A stretch of 63,199 bases of DNA, the filler included. It is 4 parts of 4 records of this genome, joined end to end, with 100 filler letters (N's around TTAATTAATTAA, not from the genome) between each part and the next. Parts side by side here need not be neighbours in the genome. Positions count along the whole stretch, not along the records: positions 31,805 to 53,516 come from DRR723986_12590; 3 more parts are not named here. One strand, given 5' to 3'. Below, in pieces: positions 40,801 through 51,253 of this stretch. How positions within the stretch are numbered: the first letter of the stretch is position 1; each line of letters begins with the position of its first letter. The position numbers and the translations under genes were made by a program. The notes below the pieces were generated by a model. It was not told the DNA's origin. It did not search any database and saw only the letters and a program-made list of their open reading frames with translations.

Positions 40801-43800
40801 CACCACATTTTCCACACCGAACACAACCGCCAGGTGGGTGAGATGAAGCAAACCATCATCGACAGTGGCGAGTTGACCTTTATCAACGAATGGCTGCGCA
40901 CGCCTGTCGATGCCACCACCTTGGCCGGGATCACCGCGATCGACGACCTTGAGTGGAACGGCGAGCGTCTGTTCCAGGCAGCGAAATTCGCGACCGAGAT
41001 GCAGTACCAGCACCTCGCCTTCGAGGAATTCGGCCGCCGCGTGCAGCCGCAGATTGCGCCGTTTATGGTGAATGCGTCGCTCGAGATCGATGGTGCGATT
41101 TTCGCGGAATTCGCACATGTCGTTTACCGTTTCGGCCACTCGATGCTGTCTGAAAATGTCCAGACAATGGATGCGAATGGCAACCTGACCGAAACCGGTC
41201 TGATCGAAGCCTTCCTCAACCCCGTAGCCTACGATCAGGATGGCACGATCACGGCGGATCAGGCAGCCGGTGCAGTTGCCCGCGGCATGTCGCGGCAGAC
41301 CGGTGCGAACATCGACGAGTTCATCACCAGCGCACTGCGGGACAACCTCGTCGGCCTGCCGCTCGACCTTGCGGCACTCAACATCACGCGGAGCCGTGAT
41401 ACCGGCGTTCCGTCGCTTAACGAAGCCCGTGAGAAGTTCTTTGCGGCAACCGGTTCCGATGCGCTCAAGCCCTATGAGAGCTGGATGGACTATGGTTCGA
41501 ACCTGAAGAACCCGGCTTCCGTGGTGAACTTCATCGCGGCCTACGGCACCCATGACACCATCACCAACGCGACAACCGTCGCGGCCAAGCGTGCAGCGGC
41601 GATGGACCTGGTCCTTGGTGGCGAAGGGGCACCGGCCGACCGTCTCGACTTCGTGAACGGCACGGGGGCATGGGCTGCGACCGAAACCGGCATCAACGAT
41701 GTCGAATTCTGGATCGGTGGCCTTGCCGAGGCGATCATGCCCTTCGGTGGCATGCTGGGTTCGTCCTTCGGTTTCGTGTTCCAGCACCAGATGGAGAACC
41801 TGCAGAACGCGGATCGTTTCTACTACCTGAGCCGCACGAACGGCATGAACATGATCGGTGAACTGGAGAACAACTCCTTTGCCTCCATGATCATGCGCAA
41901 CACCGACATCAAGGATGGGGGCGCGCATATCCCGGCGGATATCTTCGCCAACATGGAGTACATCCTAGAAGTCGATCAGTCCGTGCAGGCGATCGCGGAT
42001 CCGGTTTCGACCGATGTCGATCCCTTCCTTGCCGCGATGGGCACCAGCCTCGTCCAGCGTGAAACCGCGACTGTGGATGCCCCCTTGGTCGAAGGGCAGC
42101 TGGAGTATGACAACAAGCTGCAGTTCAACGGTGGCGAGCACGCCGTTCTTGGCGGCACCAGCCAGCGCGATATCCTCGTCGGCGGTCTGGGTGATGACGC
42201 GCTGTGGGGTGGTGACGGCAACGACCTTCTCATCGGCAGCTCGGGTGTGAACACCTTCCGCGGTGGTGCCGGCGACGACATCATCAAGGATGGCGATGAC
42301 GTCAGCTTCCTGCATGGCGAAGACGGCAACGACGTGATCTCTGCAGGCGGTGGCGCAGGCGAGCTTATCTTCGGTGGCCGCGGTAACGATGCCATTATGG
42401 TGGGCGCTGATGACGCAAAACATACCTTTGCGGGCATGGGGAACGACTTTGTTCTCGGTGGAGCCGGTTCCGACATCGTCGATGGCGGTGAAGGCGACGA
42501 CTGGATCGAAGGCGGCGACGGGTTCGATTTCCTCTTCGGTGACAACAACGACAACATGGGCGCGTCGCGCGTCCAAGGTCACGATGTGCTCTGGGGCGGT
42601 CCGAACGACAACGACCTTCATGGCGAAAGCGGGGACGATATCCTCGTCCAGGGCGAAGGCACGCATGTGAACCTTGCTGAACTCGGCTTTGACTGGATCG
42701 TCCACAAGGACGCCAATTCCGGAGCTGAAGTCGACCTGACCAAGCGCATCGTGCCGGAACAGGCGGAGTTCTTCAAAGATCGCTACATCGATGCCGAAGC
42801 CGTCTCCGGTACGCACCACAACGACATGATCTGGGGCGACAACCGTATCGGCGATGCAGCACCGGTTGGTGCGGGGCCGCTCGACAACCTGGTCACATTC
42901 TTCGCCAACGAGCTGACCCAGGAAGGTGTGGACCGTATCGATGGCCTGCGCGAATTCCTTGGCAACCTGATGGGGGTCAACCCGCAGGACATGTTCACCG
43001 GCGGTAACATTTTGCTTGGTGGCGGTGGCAGCGATGTCATCCAGGGCCGTGGCGGCAACGATGTCATCGATGGTGACCTGATGCTCAACGTGCGCATCTC
43101 GGTGCGTGATGCGAACAACCCGGATGTCGAGATCCAGTCGATCAACAGCCTCAAGGAGATCCTGCCGCAACTTTTGGATGGCACGATTTCGCCGACGCAG
43201 CTGCAGATCACGCGTGAAATCCTGGACGAAGGGCAGGAAGCAGATGTCGACGTCGCGGTCTATTACGATGTCCGTGACAACTACAGCATCCGCAGCAATC
43301 CCGATGGCAGCGTCACGGTGAGCCACATCAACGTAACGGCAGGCCCGAACCCGATCGATCCGATCAACGGTCGTCCCAATCCGATTGATGGCGATGGTAC
43401 CGACCGATTGACGAATGTCGAAATCCTGCGCTTTGCCGATCAGGAAATCGATCTGCGCATCAATCCCCCGGGCAACGGCGTCATCACGGGTACCCCGGCT
43501 GCAGATGACATCACCGGTTCGCCTGGTATGGACGTAATCTTCGGCGCTGCCGGCGCGGATCAGATCAATGGTCTTGCCGGCAACGACGTGATCTTTGGCG
43601 AAGCTGGCAACGACAACATCATCTGGGATGCTCCCAACGGCGGTTACGACATCGTCATCGGCGGCGGGGACGGCGATGGCATCACCGACGTCGACATGGT
43701 GACGATCAATGCTGATGGCACTGAGACGGCGATCACGATGTACACGGTCGCGGCATGGGCTGACGCAGGTGGTGCTGCGCCGATCGACCCGCTCTCCGAG

Positions 43801-46800
43801 ATCATCATCACGCGGACGGTCGATGGCGTCGAAACGGCGATCATGGAAATCCGTGGGATCGAGGAAGTGACGATCAACGGCGTCACGGGAACCGAAGTGA
43901 TCAGCGCGATCGGCGACTTCACCCAAACCTCGCTGGCACCCAACACGATTTTCGTGAACGGCACGGCGGGGGAGGAAATCATCGACTTCGCAGGCTTCCT
44001 GTCCAACCAGCGTCTGGTTGTCGATGCCGGCGCCGGGGCTGACATCATCACCGGCGGTGCAGGCAACGACATCCTGCTGGCCGGCGATGGCGATGACGAA
44101 GTGACCTGGAGCGTCGGCGGCGGCAGCGATATCGTCGATGGCGGCGCCGGTCAGGACCTCTACACCATCAATGGTGACGGTGCCGACGAAACCTTCCGCG
44201 TCTATGCCGCGGATGCATGGACAGGTGCCCCGGTGGAAACCGGCACCGATATCGTCATCACCCGCGCGGTAGATGGCGGCCCGGAAACCGTGATCGGCCA
44301 GCTGCAAAACATCGAGGAGATCCAGATCAACACCGCCGGTGGTGCCAACAACGTCGAGGTCTTTGGTGACTTCAACAACACCGCGTTGAACTTCAACACC
44401 ATCGCGGTGACCACCGAAGGTGACGTGAACGTCGATGTCTCGCAGCGTCTGTCCACGCACCGCGTGTTCGTCGACGCAGGTGGCACGACCCAGAACGTGG
44501 CACGCTCGCTGAACGTGGCAGGTGTCGTGACCGAGGGTGACGTCTTCCTGATCCCGGTCGATCCGGCCACGCTGACGCGGTCCATCGATGGTCTGACCGT
44601 CACCGAGACCTCGGGGAACTTCACGATGACCTACACGGTCGACGACGTGGATACCTTCCCGGTCCTGGTGCAGTCGGGCACGCCCATGGCTGCCGCCCTG
44701 CGCGGTGTCGCCACGGTCAACGAACAGACTGGTGCGCCGGAAGGGTTCGGTTTCGGTGTCCTGACGCGGGGTGCAACGATGGTCACGGCAGATGACATCG
44801 CGGCTCTGGAATACATGGTCGGTGCGCGTGCTGAGGCCCCGATCCTGCCGCCCGAGCCGGGTCAGCCTGCCGAAAACGAGCCCGCAAACCTCCTGCAAGA
44901 GGTGCGCGACATGGAAGGCTTGACCAACAACGCCCAGAACCCCGAGATCTCGGGTGCGGCGACGAAGCCCTACATGCGGGTGACCGAGGCACGCTACGCC
45001 GGCAAAGGCGAAGATGGCGCAGGCATCGTCAACCCGGTCTTCGACGGGCTGGATGCACGGGCCATCTCCAACGCCCTGGGCGCCCAGGAGGCGGATGCGG
45101 CCAAGGCAGCGACGGTCAACATGTTCATGATGTCCTTTGGTCAGTACTTCGACCACGGCCTCACGTTCATCCCGAAAGGGACCGGTCCGACAGGCAATTC
45201 GCTTGCGCCGATCGAGATCGGTGGCATGGGGGCATCGCGCAACCCGATGGATGACAACCCTGCCGACCTGACCCGTGCAAACGTGGTGGGCCATGATGCA
45301 GACGGCACGCCGCTGCATGAGAACCTCACCTCGCCGGTGGTCGACCAGAACCAGGTCTACGGTTCCTCCACGCTTGTCTGCCAGTTCCTTCGTGAGAGCG
45401 ATGGACAGGGTGGCTTCGGGTCCAAGATCCTGATGGGTGCGGATGATCCTTCGGCAGAGGGCTTCCAGCTCATGTCGACGCTGCGTGAGACGCTGGATCA
45501 CCACATCGACGCTGTCACCGTGTTCAAGGGTGCGGGGCTTCCGGCCGAAGGCATGACGCTGCTCGACTACTATCCGGGTCTGCGGGATGCCGATCGCAAC
45601 TACGATGCCGCACAGGTGAAGATGCTTTCGGACGACTTCATGGGTGAGGGCTGGCCGCTCCTGATCGACACCAACCCGTTCATGAACCTACTCGACCACT
45701 ATGTGGGCGGCGATGGGCGCGCGAACGAGAACGTCGGTCTAACCTCGGTGCACACGGTCTGGGCTCGCAACCACAACTACCATGTGGACCAGATCGCGGC
45801 GCAGGGCTTCAACGGCACACCGGAACAGCTGTTCCAGGCCGCTCGGATCCTCAACATCGGGGAATACCAGCAGGTTGTGTTCAACGACTTTGCCGACAGC
45901 CTTCTGGGCGGTCTGCAGGGCTCGGGTCACCACGGCCATGACGAGTACAACCCGAATGCCGATGCCCGCATCAGCCACGAGTTCGCTGGCGCTGCCTACC
46001 GGTTCGGTCACTCGCAGATCGGGGAGATGATGACGCTCAAGGATGCCGATGGTAACTCCGTCGAAGTCCCGCTGTTCGATCTGTTCCTGAATGCGACGAA
46101 CGATCCGGACGCCTTCCAGGTTGATCATGACCATAACCCCGAAACGCCGATGCTGACCGGTGTGGATGCGGTGAACAAGTTGACGCAGATGGGTTATGTC
46201 CCGCAGCCGGGCTATGCCCAGCACGGGGTGGCGAATATCCTCGGCGGTCTGATCGAACAGCCTTCGGAAGAAATTGACCCGATGGTGGTCGACGCGGTCC
46301 GTACCGATCTGGTGCGCAGCCCCGCTGACCTCTTCGCCTTCAACGTCGCCCGTGGCCGCGATCTGGGCTTGGGTACGCTCAACCAGGTTAAGGCAGATCT
46401 GGCCGCGTCTACCGACCCCTACATCGTGGAAGCGATCGCACAGTCGAACATGAACATGGACCCCTATGCTTCGTGGGATGACTTCAAGGCACGCAACAAC
46501 CTGTCGGAGGCCGAGATCAACAAGTTCAAGGCAGCCTATCCGGACCTTGTGCTTGCAGGTGACGACATCGCGGCATTCGAGCAGGTCAACCCCGATATCG
46601 TCCTGCGTGACGGTGAGAACGGCACCAAGATCGTGGACGGCATCGACCGTGTCGATCTCTGGGTCGGCGGTTTGGCGGAAAGCCACATCGAGGGTGGCGT
46701 CGTCGGTCATACCTTCTGGGTGCTGATCCACGAGCAGCTCGACCGTCTGCAGGAAGGCGACCGGTTCTACTACATCGACCGGATCGGTGACCTGCCCGTC

Positions 46801-47991
46801 TACAACAACTTCATCTCGAACATCACGTTCGGCGATGTGGTTGCCCGTAACACGGGGATGACGGATGTGCCGCTGGATGTGTTCAGCCATGTGCTGGAGG
46901 AGGCTGATCAGCCGGCGACGGTGGCTGGGGCGGCTCCGGCAGATGCACCTGCAACGGATGCGAGTGTAACGGATGCGCCCGTGGCGACTGCACCTGAAGC
47001 GAAAGCGGAGGCAGAAGCAAAAGCGGAAGCAGAAGCAAAAGGGGAAGCAGAAGCAGAAGCAAAAGCGGAAGCGAAAGCGAAAGCGGCAGCAGAAGCAAAA
47101 GCGGCGGCAGAAGCGAAAGAGGCGCAAGCAACCTCTGATGCCGAGTATGACGATGGGGCCGAGGCACCCGAACACAAGGTGCTGGTGGCCACAGGTGTCG
47201 AGGCACTGATCGCTGGTGCAGGCAATGACGTGCTGCGCGGTGGTGAGGGTTCCGATTTCTTGATGGCAGGCGATGGTGCCGACATCATGATGGGCGGGGC
47301 ATGCAACGATGACCTGATCGCGGGTGAAGGCGACGACATGGTCTATGGCGATGCCGGCAACGACCGCATCTTTGCCGATGGTGGCAACGACACCATCGTT
47401 GGGGGCAGCGGTGCCGATATGGCCTACGGTGGCGAAGGCGATGACACCTTCATCGGCACCGATGGTGACGGCAACGACATCTACTACGGTGGTTCCGGGA
47501 CCGACACGATCGATCTGTCGGCCATCACCGAGGCGCTGGAAATCCGCCTGGGCAACGCCGGCACCGAGCGTGGCTCGGTCACCGGGGGCGGCCAAATGGA
47601 TGTGATCTGGGGCTTTGAGAATGCCATCGGCGGCGCCGGCGACGACAAGATCGTGGCCAGCGAGGCTGCAAACATTCTCGATGGCGGCGCAGGCAACGAC
47701 ACCTTTGTGTTTGAAACCGCAACCGCTGCCAATGGCACCATGATCAAGGGCTTTGCCGCAGGCGACGTGCTGTGCTTTAGAGACATCGATGCCGATACCA
47801 GCATGGATGGCCACCAGGGCTTTACCCTGGCAGGGCGCGGCGCCGAGATCGGTGCAGGCGAGCTGACATTCTCGCACGGTAGCGAAGAGGGTGCCGATAT
47901 CACCACGGTGATTGGCATGACCAACGAAGGCCAATTCGAGGTGAAACTGAGCGGCCATGTGAACCTTGAGGAGGAGAGCTTCCTGCTTTGA
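37801..47991 (+). CDS. Giant RTX protein with two animal heme peroxidase domains (MopA-like)
   Basis: Two sets of FGQ(F/Y)FDHGL, R(G/A)NEN and YRFGHS motifs; many GGxGxD repeats; AGGAG RBS before ATG 37801. Confidence 0.93.
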   Translation: MVFVNTNDLKHILDQIFIAEQHAAGTPLTDLIANPLAAKGLRLVDGTLNNLTPGRETSGAADQVMPRLLDSTFLTQPETAHLADPNPRAPQAGPTSYTQTGGSVFDADPRVVSNLVADQTLSNPAAIASALKHSGLTGQAMLDVSNQISVAHRDALDAQAAVGNVDRALELQRQDLQAALVDARAQLTMAQDDVAAKTTAKNQADLDAAAAKQTLDDAAATMATLQGQGQVAQMQTALGNAIAAHTQAETDLATARNTLAQAESSAASILTMRNAKQTTVNDLQAQKETADQDLATAEGLLSDAEATLARETDSGGAVAEAQIAVDNATTAVNDAQAKVDDLAAQLQQSQTDLNDLNARLQTAEQTRDEAQIRLTAAEEAAADTQIARDNAQSLFDTEVTELAAAQSAFFSALGTYMAGGSLLDFSRASAAYSTAREEQWDAELALSDAIAKDNAADQKVSDETGALNQAQSRVISLTNQRDGVITTRDGLDAQLGAANTDLSDARGRLTSAEQTLQTAKDNNQAYVDAAAAVDAAQADVDTKQGVVDGLATRLNTANQELATLNTNLRNANAEVTRLEGVVQTETADLQTAAGNVTTARQDLSAAQMADEAILAQLDVIADATIKLVEADAAAELAASALTTAEETETAKQSAFDTATSDLAALNAPGAAEAALAAAELAAADAQTALDTLLATHGVELDGNNIVIPDVAPDEGLSAPYNGWMTLFGQFFDHGLDLVGKGGSGTVYIPLMPDDPLYVEGSPTNFMVLTRATNQPGPDGILGTADDVREHMNKTTPWVDQNQTYTSHASHQVFLREYELDADGKPVANGNLLHGSSGGMSTWGDVKAQAANLLGIQLNDSDVLDGPLLATDPYGNFIPGANGMPQLVVSNPAFATDPTQPEFLLVEGDLANPVDASQAVRNGHAFLEDIAHNAVPKGMIDHDRSPATPDIEVIPDADTEVGNAIIPNRFGMNETYDNELLDRHFIAGDGRGNENFGLTAVHHIFHTEHNRQVGEMKQTIIDSGELTFINEWLRTPVDATTLAGITAIDDLEWNGERLFQAAKFATEMQYQHLAFEEFGRRVQPQIAPFMVNASLEIDGAIFAEFAHVVYRFGHSMLSENVQTMDANGNLTETGLIEAFLNPVAYDQDGTITADQAAGAVARGMSRQTGANIDEFITSALRDNLVGLPLDLAALNITRSRDTGVPSLNEAREKFFAATGSDALKPYESWMDYGSNLKNPASVVNFIAAYGTHDTITNATTVAAKRAAAMDLVLGGEGAPADRLDFVNGTGAWAATETGINDVEFWIGGLAEAIMPFGGMLGSSFGFVFQHQMENLQNADRFYYLSRTNGMNMIGELENNSFASMIMRNTDIKDGGAHIPADIFANMEYILEVDQSVQAIADPVSTDVDPFLAAMGTSLVQRETATVDAPLVEGQLEYDNKLQFNGGEHAVLGGTSQRDILVGGLGDDALWGGDGNDLLIGSSGVNTFRGGAGDDIIKDGDDVSFLHGEDGNDVISAGGGAGELIFGGRGNDAIMVGADDAKHTFAGMGNDFVLGGAGSDIVDGGEGDDWIEGGDGFDFLFGDNNDNMGASRVQGHDVLWGGPNDNDLHGESGDDILVQGEGTHVNLAELGFDWIVHKDANSGAEVDLTKRIVPEQAEFFKDRYIDAEAVSGTHHNDMIWGDNRIGDAAPVGAGPLDNLVTFFANELTQEGVDRIDGLREFLGNLMGVNPQDMFTGGNILLGGGGSDVIQGRGGNDVIDGDLMLNVRISVRDANNPDVEIQSINSLKEILPQLLDGTISPTQLQITREILDEGQEADVDVAVYYDVRDNYSIRSNPDGSVTVSHINVTAGPNPIDPINGRPNPIDGDGTDRLTNVEILRFADQEIDLRINPPGNGVITGTPAADDITGSPGMDVIFGAAGADQINGLAGNDVIFGEAGNDNIIWDAPNGGYDIVIGGGDGDGITDVDMVTINADGTETAITMYTVAAWADAGGAAPIDPLSEIIITRTVDGVETAIMEIRGIEEVTINGVTGTEVISAIGDFTQTSLAPNTIFVNGTAGEEIIDFAGFLSNQRLVVDAGAGADIITGGAGNDILLAGDGDDEVTWSVGGGSDIVDGGAGQDLYTINGDGADETFRVYAADAWTGAPVETGTDIVITRAVDGGPETVIGQLQNIEEIQINTAGGANNVEVFGDFNNTALNFNTIAVTTEGDVNVDVSQRLSTHRVFVDAGGTTQNVARSLNVAGVVTEGDVFLIPVDPATLTRSIDGLTVTETSGNFTMTYTVDDVDTFPVLVQSGTPMAAALRGVATVNEQTGAPEGFGFGVLTRGATMVTADDIAALEYMVGARAEAPILPPEPGQPAENEPANLLQEVRDMEGLTNNAQNPEISGAATKPYMRVTEARYAGKGEDGAGIVNPVFDGLDARAISNALGAQEADAAKAATVNMFMMSFGQYFDHGLTFIPKGTGPTGNSLAPIEIGGMGASRNPMDDNPADLTRANVVGHDADGTPLHENLTSPVVDQNQVYGSSTLVCQFLRESDGQGGFGSKILMGADDPSAEGFQLMSTLRETLDHHIDAVTVFKGAGLPAEGMTLLDYYPGLRDADRNYDAAQVKMLSDDFMGEGWPLLIDTNPFMNLLDHYVGGDGRANENVGLTSVHTVWARNHNYHVDQIAAQGFNGTPEQLFQAARILNIGEYQQVVFNDFADSLLGGLQGSGHHGHDEYNPNADARISHEFAGAAYRFGHSQIGEMMTLKDADGNSVEVPLFDLFLNATNDPDAFQVDHDHNPETPMLTGVDAVNKLTQMGYVPQPGYAQHGVANILGGLIEQPSEEIDPMVVDAVRTDLVRSPADLFAFNVARGRDLGLGTLNQVKADLAASTDPYIVEAIAQSNMNMDPYASWDDFKARNNLSEAEINKFKAAYPDLVLAGDDIAAFEQVNPDIVLRDGENGTKIVDGIDRVDLWVGGLAESHIEGGVVGHTFWVLIHEQLDRLQEGDRFYYIDRIGDLPVYNNFISNITFGDVVARNTGMTDVPLDVFSHVLEEADQPATVAGAAPADAPATDASVTDAPVATAPEAKAEAEAKAEAEAKGEAEAEAKAEAKAKAAAEAKAAAEAKEAQATSDAEYDDGAEAPEHKVLVATGVEALIAGAGNDVLRGGEGSDFLMAGDGADIMMGGACNDDLIAGEGDDMVYGDAGNDRIFADGGNDTIVGGSGADMAYGGEGDDTFIGTDGDGNDIYYGGSGTDTIDLSAITEALEIRLGNAGTERGSVTGGGQMDVIWGFENAIGGAGDDKIVASEAANILDGGAGNDTFVFETATAANGTMIKGFAAGDVLCFRDIDADTSMDGHQGFTLAGRGAEIGAGELTFSHGSEEGADITTVIGMTNEGQFEVKLSGHVNLEEESFLL
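46996..47120 (+). repeat. In-frame EAKA(E/A)A repeat (charged helical linker)
   Basis: GAAGCRAAAGCGGAAGCA-type tandem units within the peroxidase gene. Confidence 0.8.
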
Positions 47992-48043
47992 CCGAGAAAG
48001 GGTCTTTTCCTCGACGGTAACCGGGCGTCCCCCCGGTTGCCCC

Positions 48044-48077
48044 GGCAGCCAAGGTCCCCGCCTTGGCTGCCTTTTTT
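48044..48077 (+). terminator. Rho-independent terminator
   Basis: GGCAGCCAAGG...CCTTGGCTGCC followed by T6; preceded by a second hairpin at 48016-48041. Confidence 0.85.
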
Positions 48078-48154
48078 GTGGCCCATGCGAATGGCGATTG
48101 ACCGCTGCGATAAGGGGTTGTTTTCTGGGGGCAATATTCCAACAGGGGGCACCT

Positions 48155-49525
48155 ATGGGCTGGCAAGAGTATCTGGACACACGTCAAAACCGTTTCGTTG
48201 CAGAACTGCAGGATTTGGTGCGCATCCCCTCGGTTTCGGCCAAGCCCGAACATATGCCCGATGTGGTGGCCGCGGGCGAATGGGTGGTTGCGCGCTTGCG
48301 TGCGGCGGGGGCGGAAAACGTGGCGCTTTACCCCACCCAAGGGCACCCGGTGGTGTATGGCGATTGGCTGCATGCGGGCGATGATAAACCCACAGTGCTG
48401 CTTTACGGGCATTTCGATGTGCAACCGGCCGAGCCGCTAGAGCTGTGGAAAACTGCACCTTTTGCCGCCGAGTTGCGCGATGGGCGCATCTATGGGCGCG
48501 GTGCATCGGACGATAAAGGCGGCATGCTGGCGCCTATCCTGGCGGCCGAGGCGCTGCTGCAAACCACGGGGCGGTTGCCGGTGAATGTGAAATTCTTTTT
48601 CGAGGGCCAAGAGGAAATCGGCTCGCCCACCTTGGCGCCCTTTGTCAAAGACAATGCCGCCTTGTTGCGCGCCGATATGATCATTTCGGCCGATGGCGGG
48701 CAATGGAGCGAAACCGAGGCCAATTTGCTGATGGGGCTTAAGGGGCTGGTGGGCTGTGAAATCACCGTCACCGGGGCCAATGCAGATTTGCATTCCGGCA
48801 TGCATGGGGGCGGTGTGGCCAACCCGTTGCATGGGCTGTCGCAGATCATCGCCGCGCTGAAAGGGGCGGATGGGCGCATCAACGTGCCGGGCTTTTATGA
48901 TGATGTGCTTGATCTAACGGTCGAAGACCGCCAAGCCATCGCGCGCGTGCCCTTTGACCAAGAGGCCTATATCGCCCAGCTGGGGGTGCCCGATGTTTTT
49001 GGCGAAGAGGGCTACAGCGTGCGTGAAAACCTGTGGGCGCGCCCGACGCTGGAATTGAACGGCATTTGGGGCGGCTATCAAGGCGGGGGCATTAAAACCG
49101 TGCTGCCCAGCGAGGCCCGCGCCAAGATCACCTGCCGCCTGGTTGCCAACCAGACGCCTGACCAGATTTATGCGCTGTTGGCTGCGCATATTCACAGCCT
49201 GTGCCCAAAGGGCCTGCGCGTGGCGGTCGAGCGGCTGCCGGGCAGTGCCAACCCGTTTTTGGTGCCGCGTGGCCATAATGGCACCGCTGCTGTGGCCGAA
49301 GTGCTAAGCGCGCTTTATGGCAAAGCCCCTTACGAGGTGCGCACGGGCGGCTCGATCCCGGTGATGTCGTTGCTGCTGCAAGAATTGGGTGTGCATGGCG
49401 CGGTGATGGCCTTTGGCCTGAACGATGAAAACATCCATGCCCCAAACGAATTTTACCGCCTGTCCAGCTATCGCAAAAGCCAAACAGCCTATTGCATGTT
49501 GCTGGAACGCTTGGGGCAGGGTTAG
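48155..49525 (+). CDS. M20 family dipeptidase
   Basis: YGHFDVQP, GRGASDDKG, EGQEEIGS and IHAPNE. Confidence 0.93.
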   Translation: MGWQEYLDTRQNRFVAELQDLVRIPSVSAKPEHMPDVVAAGEWVVARLRAAGAENVALYPTQGHPVVYGDWLHAGDDKPTVLLYGHFDVQPAEPLELWKTAPFAAELRDGRIYGRGASDDKGGMLAPILAAEALLQTTGRLPVNVKFFFEGQEEIGSPTLAPFVKDNAALLRADMIISADGGQWSETEANLLMGLKGLVGCEITVTGANADLHSGMHGGGVANPLHGLSQIIAALKGADGRINVPGFYDDVLDLTVEDRQAIARVPFDQEAYIAQLGVPDVFGEEGYSVRENLWARPTLELNGIWGGYQGGGIKTVLPSEARAKITCRLVANQTPDQIYALLAAHIHSLCPKGLRVAVERLPGSANPFLVPRGHNGTAAVAEVLSALYGKAPYEVRTGGSIPVMSLLLQELGVHGAVMAFGLNDENIHAPNEFYRLSSYRKSQTAYCMLLERLGQG

Positions 49526-49540
49526 GGCGCGCCCGCCCTG

Positions 49541-51253
49541 TCAGGCGGGGGCGCGGGCCAGCAGATCCATCTTTGGCATCAAGTCCAGCAGGTGGCGCGA
49601 ATAGGCGTGCTGGGGGCTTTCAAACAGCTGCTCGGTGGGGGCGATCTCGCAGATCTGGCCATTGCGCATGACGGCAATTTTATCGCACATCTGGCGCACA
49701 ACGGGCAGGTCGTGGCTGATAAACAGCATGGTCAGGCCCAATTCGCTTTGCAGATCTTTGAGCAGGTTCAAAATTGTGGCCTGCACCGATACATCCAGGG
49801 CCGATGTCGGCTCGTCGCAGATCAGGATACGGGGGCGCGAGGCCAGTGCGCGGGCGATGGAAATACGCTGGCGCTGCCCGCCTGAAAATTCATGCGGGTA
49901 GCGCAGCGCGGCGCTGGCGCCCAGGCCCACATGATCCAGCAGATCGCCCACAATCTTGCGGGTTTCGGCCTCGGAGCTGGTCAGTTTGTAAAAGCGGATC
50001 GGCTCGGCCACGATATCCATCACCCGCATCCGCGCATTCAGCGAAGAATAGGGATCTTGGAAGATCATCTGCACTGCGCGGCGGGCGCGGCGCGCCTCGC
50101 GGCTGTTGGGCGCGGTGGTCACATCTTGGCCCAGCACCCGCACCGTGCCGGCATCGGGGCGATACAGCCCGGCAATCAGCCGTGCCACGGTGGATTTGCC
50201 CGAACCGCTTTCGCCCACCAGGCCAAAGGTTTCACCCGGCTCTAACTGGAACGACACATCATTGACCGCGCGCAGCATCTTGCGGTTGCGTTTCAGCAGT
50301 GCCTTTTGCAGCACAAACGACAGGTTCAACGCCTCGACCTGAATGGCGGGGCCGGTATTTTCATGCCTGGCACCTTGGCCCAGCCAATGGGTTTGCACAT
50401 CGATCTTGGCGCTGGGCTGATGGCCGCCCTCGATATAATCCACCGATGAAAAGCGGTGCATCTTTCGATCTGCACGCGGCACGGCGGCGATCAGCGATTT
50501 GGTGTATTCGTGCTGCGGCGCCCCCAAAATTTGCGCCACATCGCCAGTTTCCACCACATCACCGCGATACATCACCACCACCCGATCAGCGATATTGGCG
50601 ATCACGCCAATATCGTGGGTCACGATAATCACCCCCAGCTTGCGCTTGCGGCAGAGGTCTTTGATCAGGTCCAAAATCTGCGCCTGGATTGATACATCCA
50701 GCGCGGTTGTGGGCTCGTCTGCGATGATCAGGTCAGGATCACCCGCCAGCGCCAGGGCAATCACCACCCGTTGCCGCATGCCGCCAGAAAACTGGTGCGG
50801 ATAGGCCAAAAGCCGCGCGCGCGCCTCGGTGATACCCACCTGTTCCAGCAATTCGACGGCCCGCGCTTCGGCCTGCGCGATGCCAAGATCGTTGGTTTTC
50901 TGGATGGTTTCCACCAGCTGCGCACCAATGGTCATCAGCGGGTTCAGCGAGGTTTGCGGATCTTGGAAGATCATGCCAATGCGGTTGCCCCGCACCATGC
51001 GCATGTCTGCATCGCTGCGCCCGCGCAATTCCTCGCCCTGAAACAAGATCGAGCCACCGCTGACCCGGCCCGGGGCCTCGAGCAGGTCGATGATGGCATT
51101 GCCGATCGTCGATTTGCCGGCACCAGATTCGCCCACCAATCCCACAACCTCGCCAGGGCTGACGGTAAGGCTGACATCCTTTGCCGCCTGCACAGTGCCG
51201 CGGCGGGTTGGAAACTCGACGCATAGGCCGTTGATTTTTAATAACTCTGTCAT
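49541..51253 (-). CDS. Dipeptide/oligopeptide ABC transporter ATP-binding protein (fused double ATPase)
   Basis: Two GESG.GKS / SGG.RQR / DEPT.ALD motif sets. Confidence 0.95.
   Translation of the reverse strand: MTELLKINGLCVEFPTRRGTVQAAKDVSLTVSPGEVVGLVGESGAGKSTIGNAIIDLLEAPGRVSGGSILFQGEELRGRSDADMRMVRGNRIGMIFQDPQTSLNPLMTIGAQLVETIQKTNDLGIAQAEARAVELLEQVGITEARARLLAYPHQFSGGMRQRVVIALALAGDPDLIIADEPTTALDVSIQAQILDLIKDLCRKRKLGVIIVTHDIGVIANIADRVVVMYRGDVVETGDVAQILGAPQHEYTKSLIAAVPRADRKMHRFSSVDYIEGGHQPSAKIDVQTHWLGQGARHENTGPAIQVEALNLSFVLQKALLKRNRKMLRAVNDVSFQLEPGETFGLVGESGSGKSTVARLIAGLYRPDAGTVRVLGQDVTTAPNSREARRARRAVQMIFQDPYSSLNARMRVMDIVAEPIRFYKLTSSEAETRKIVGDLLDHVGLGASAALRYPHEFSGGQRQRISIARALASRPRILICDEPTSALDVSVQATILNLLKDLQSELGLTMLFISHDLPVVRQMCDKIAVMRNGQICEIAPTEQLFESPQHAYSRHLLDLMPKMDLLARAPA

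Noticed and set aside
39199-48180. Long minus-strand ORFs (909, 1179 and 813 aa)
   Set aside because: Antisense shadows of the codon-biased peroxidase gene, with no recognisable motifs.
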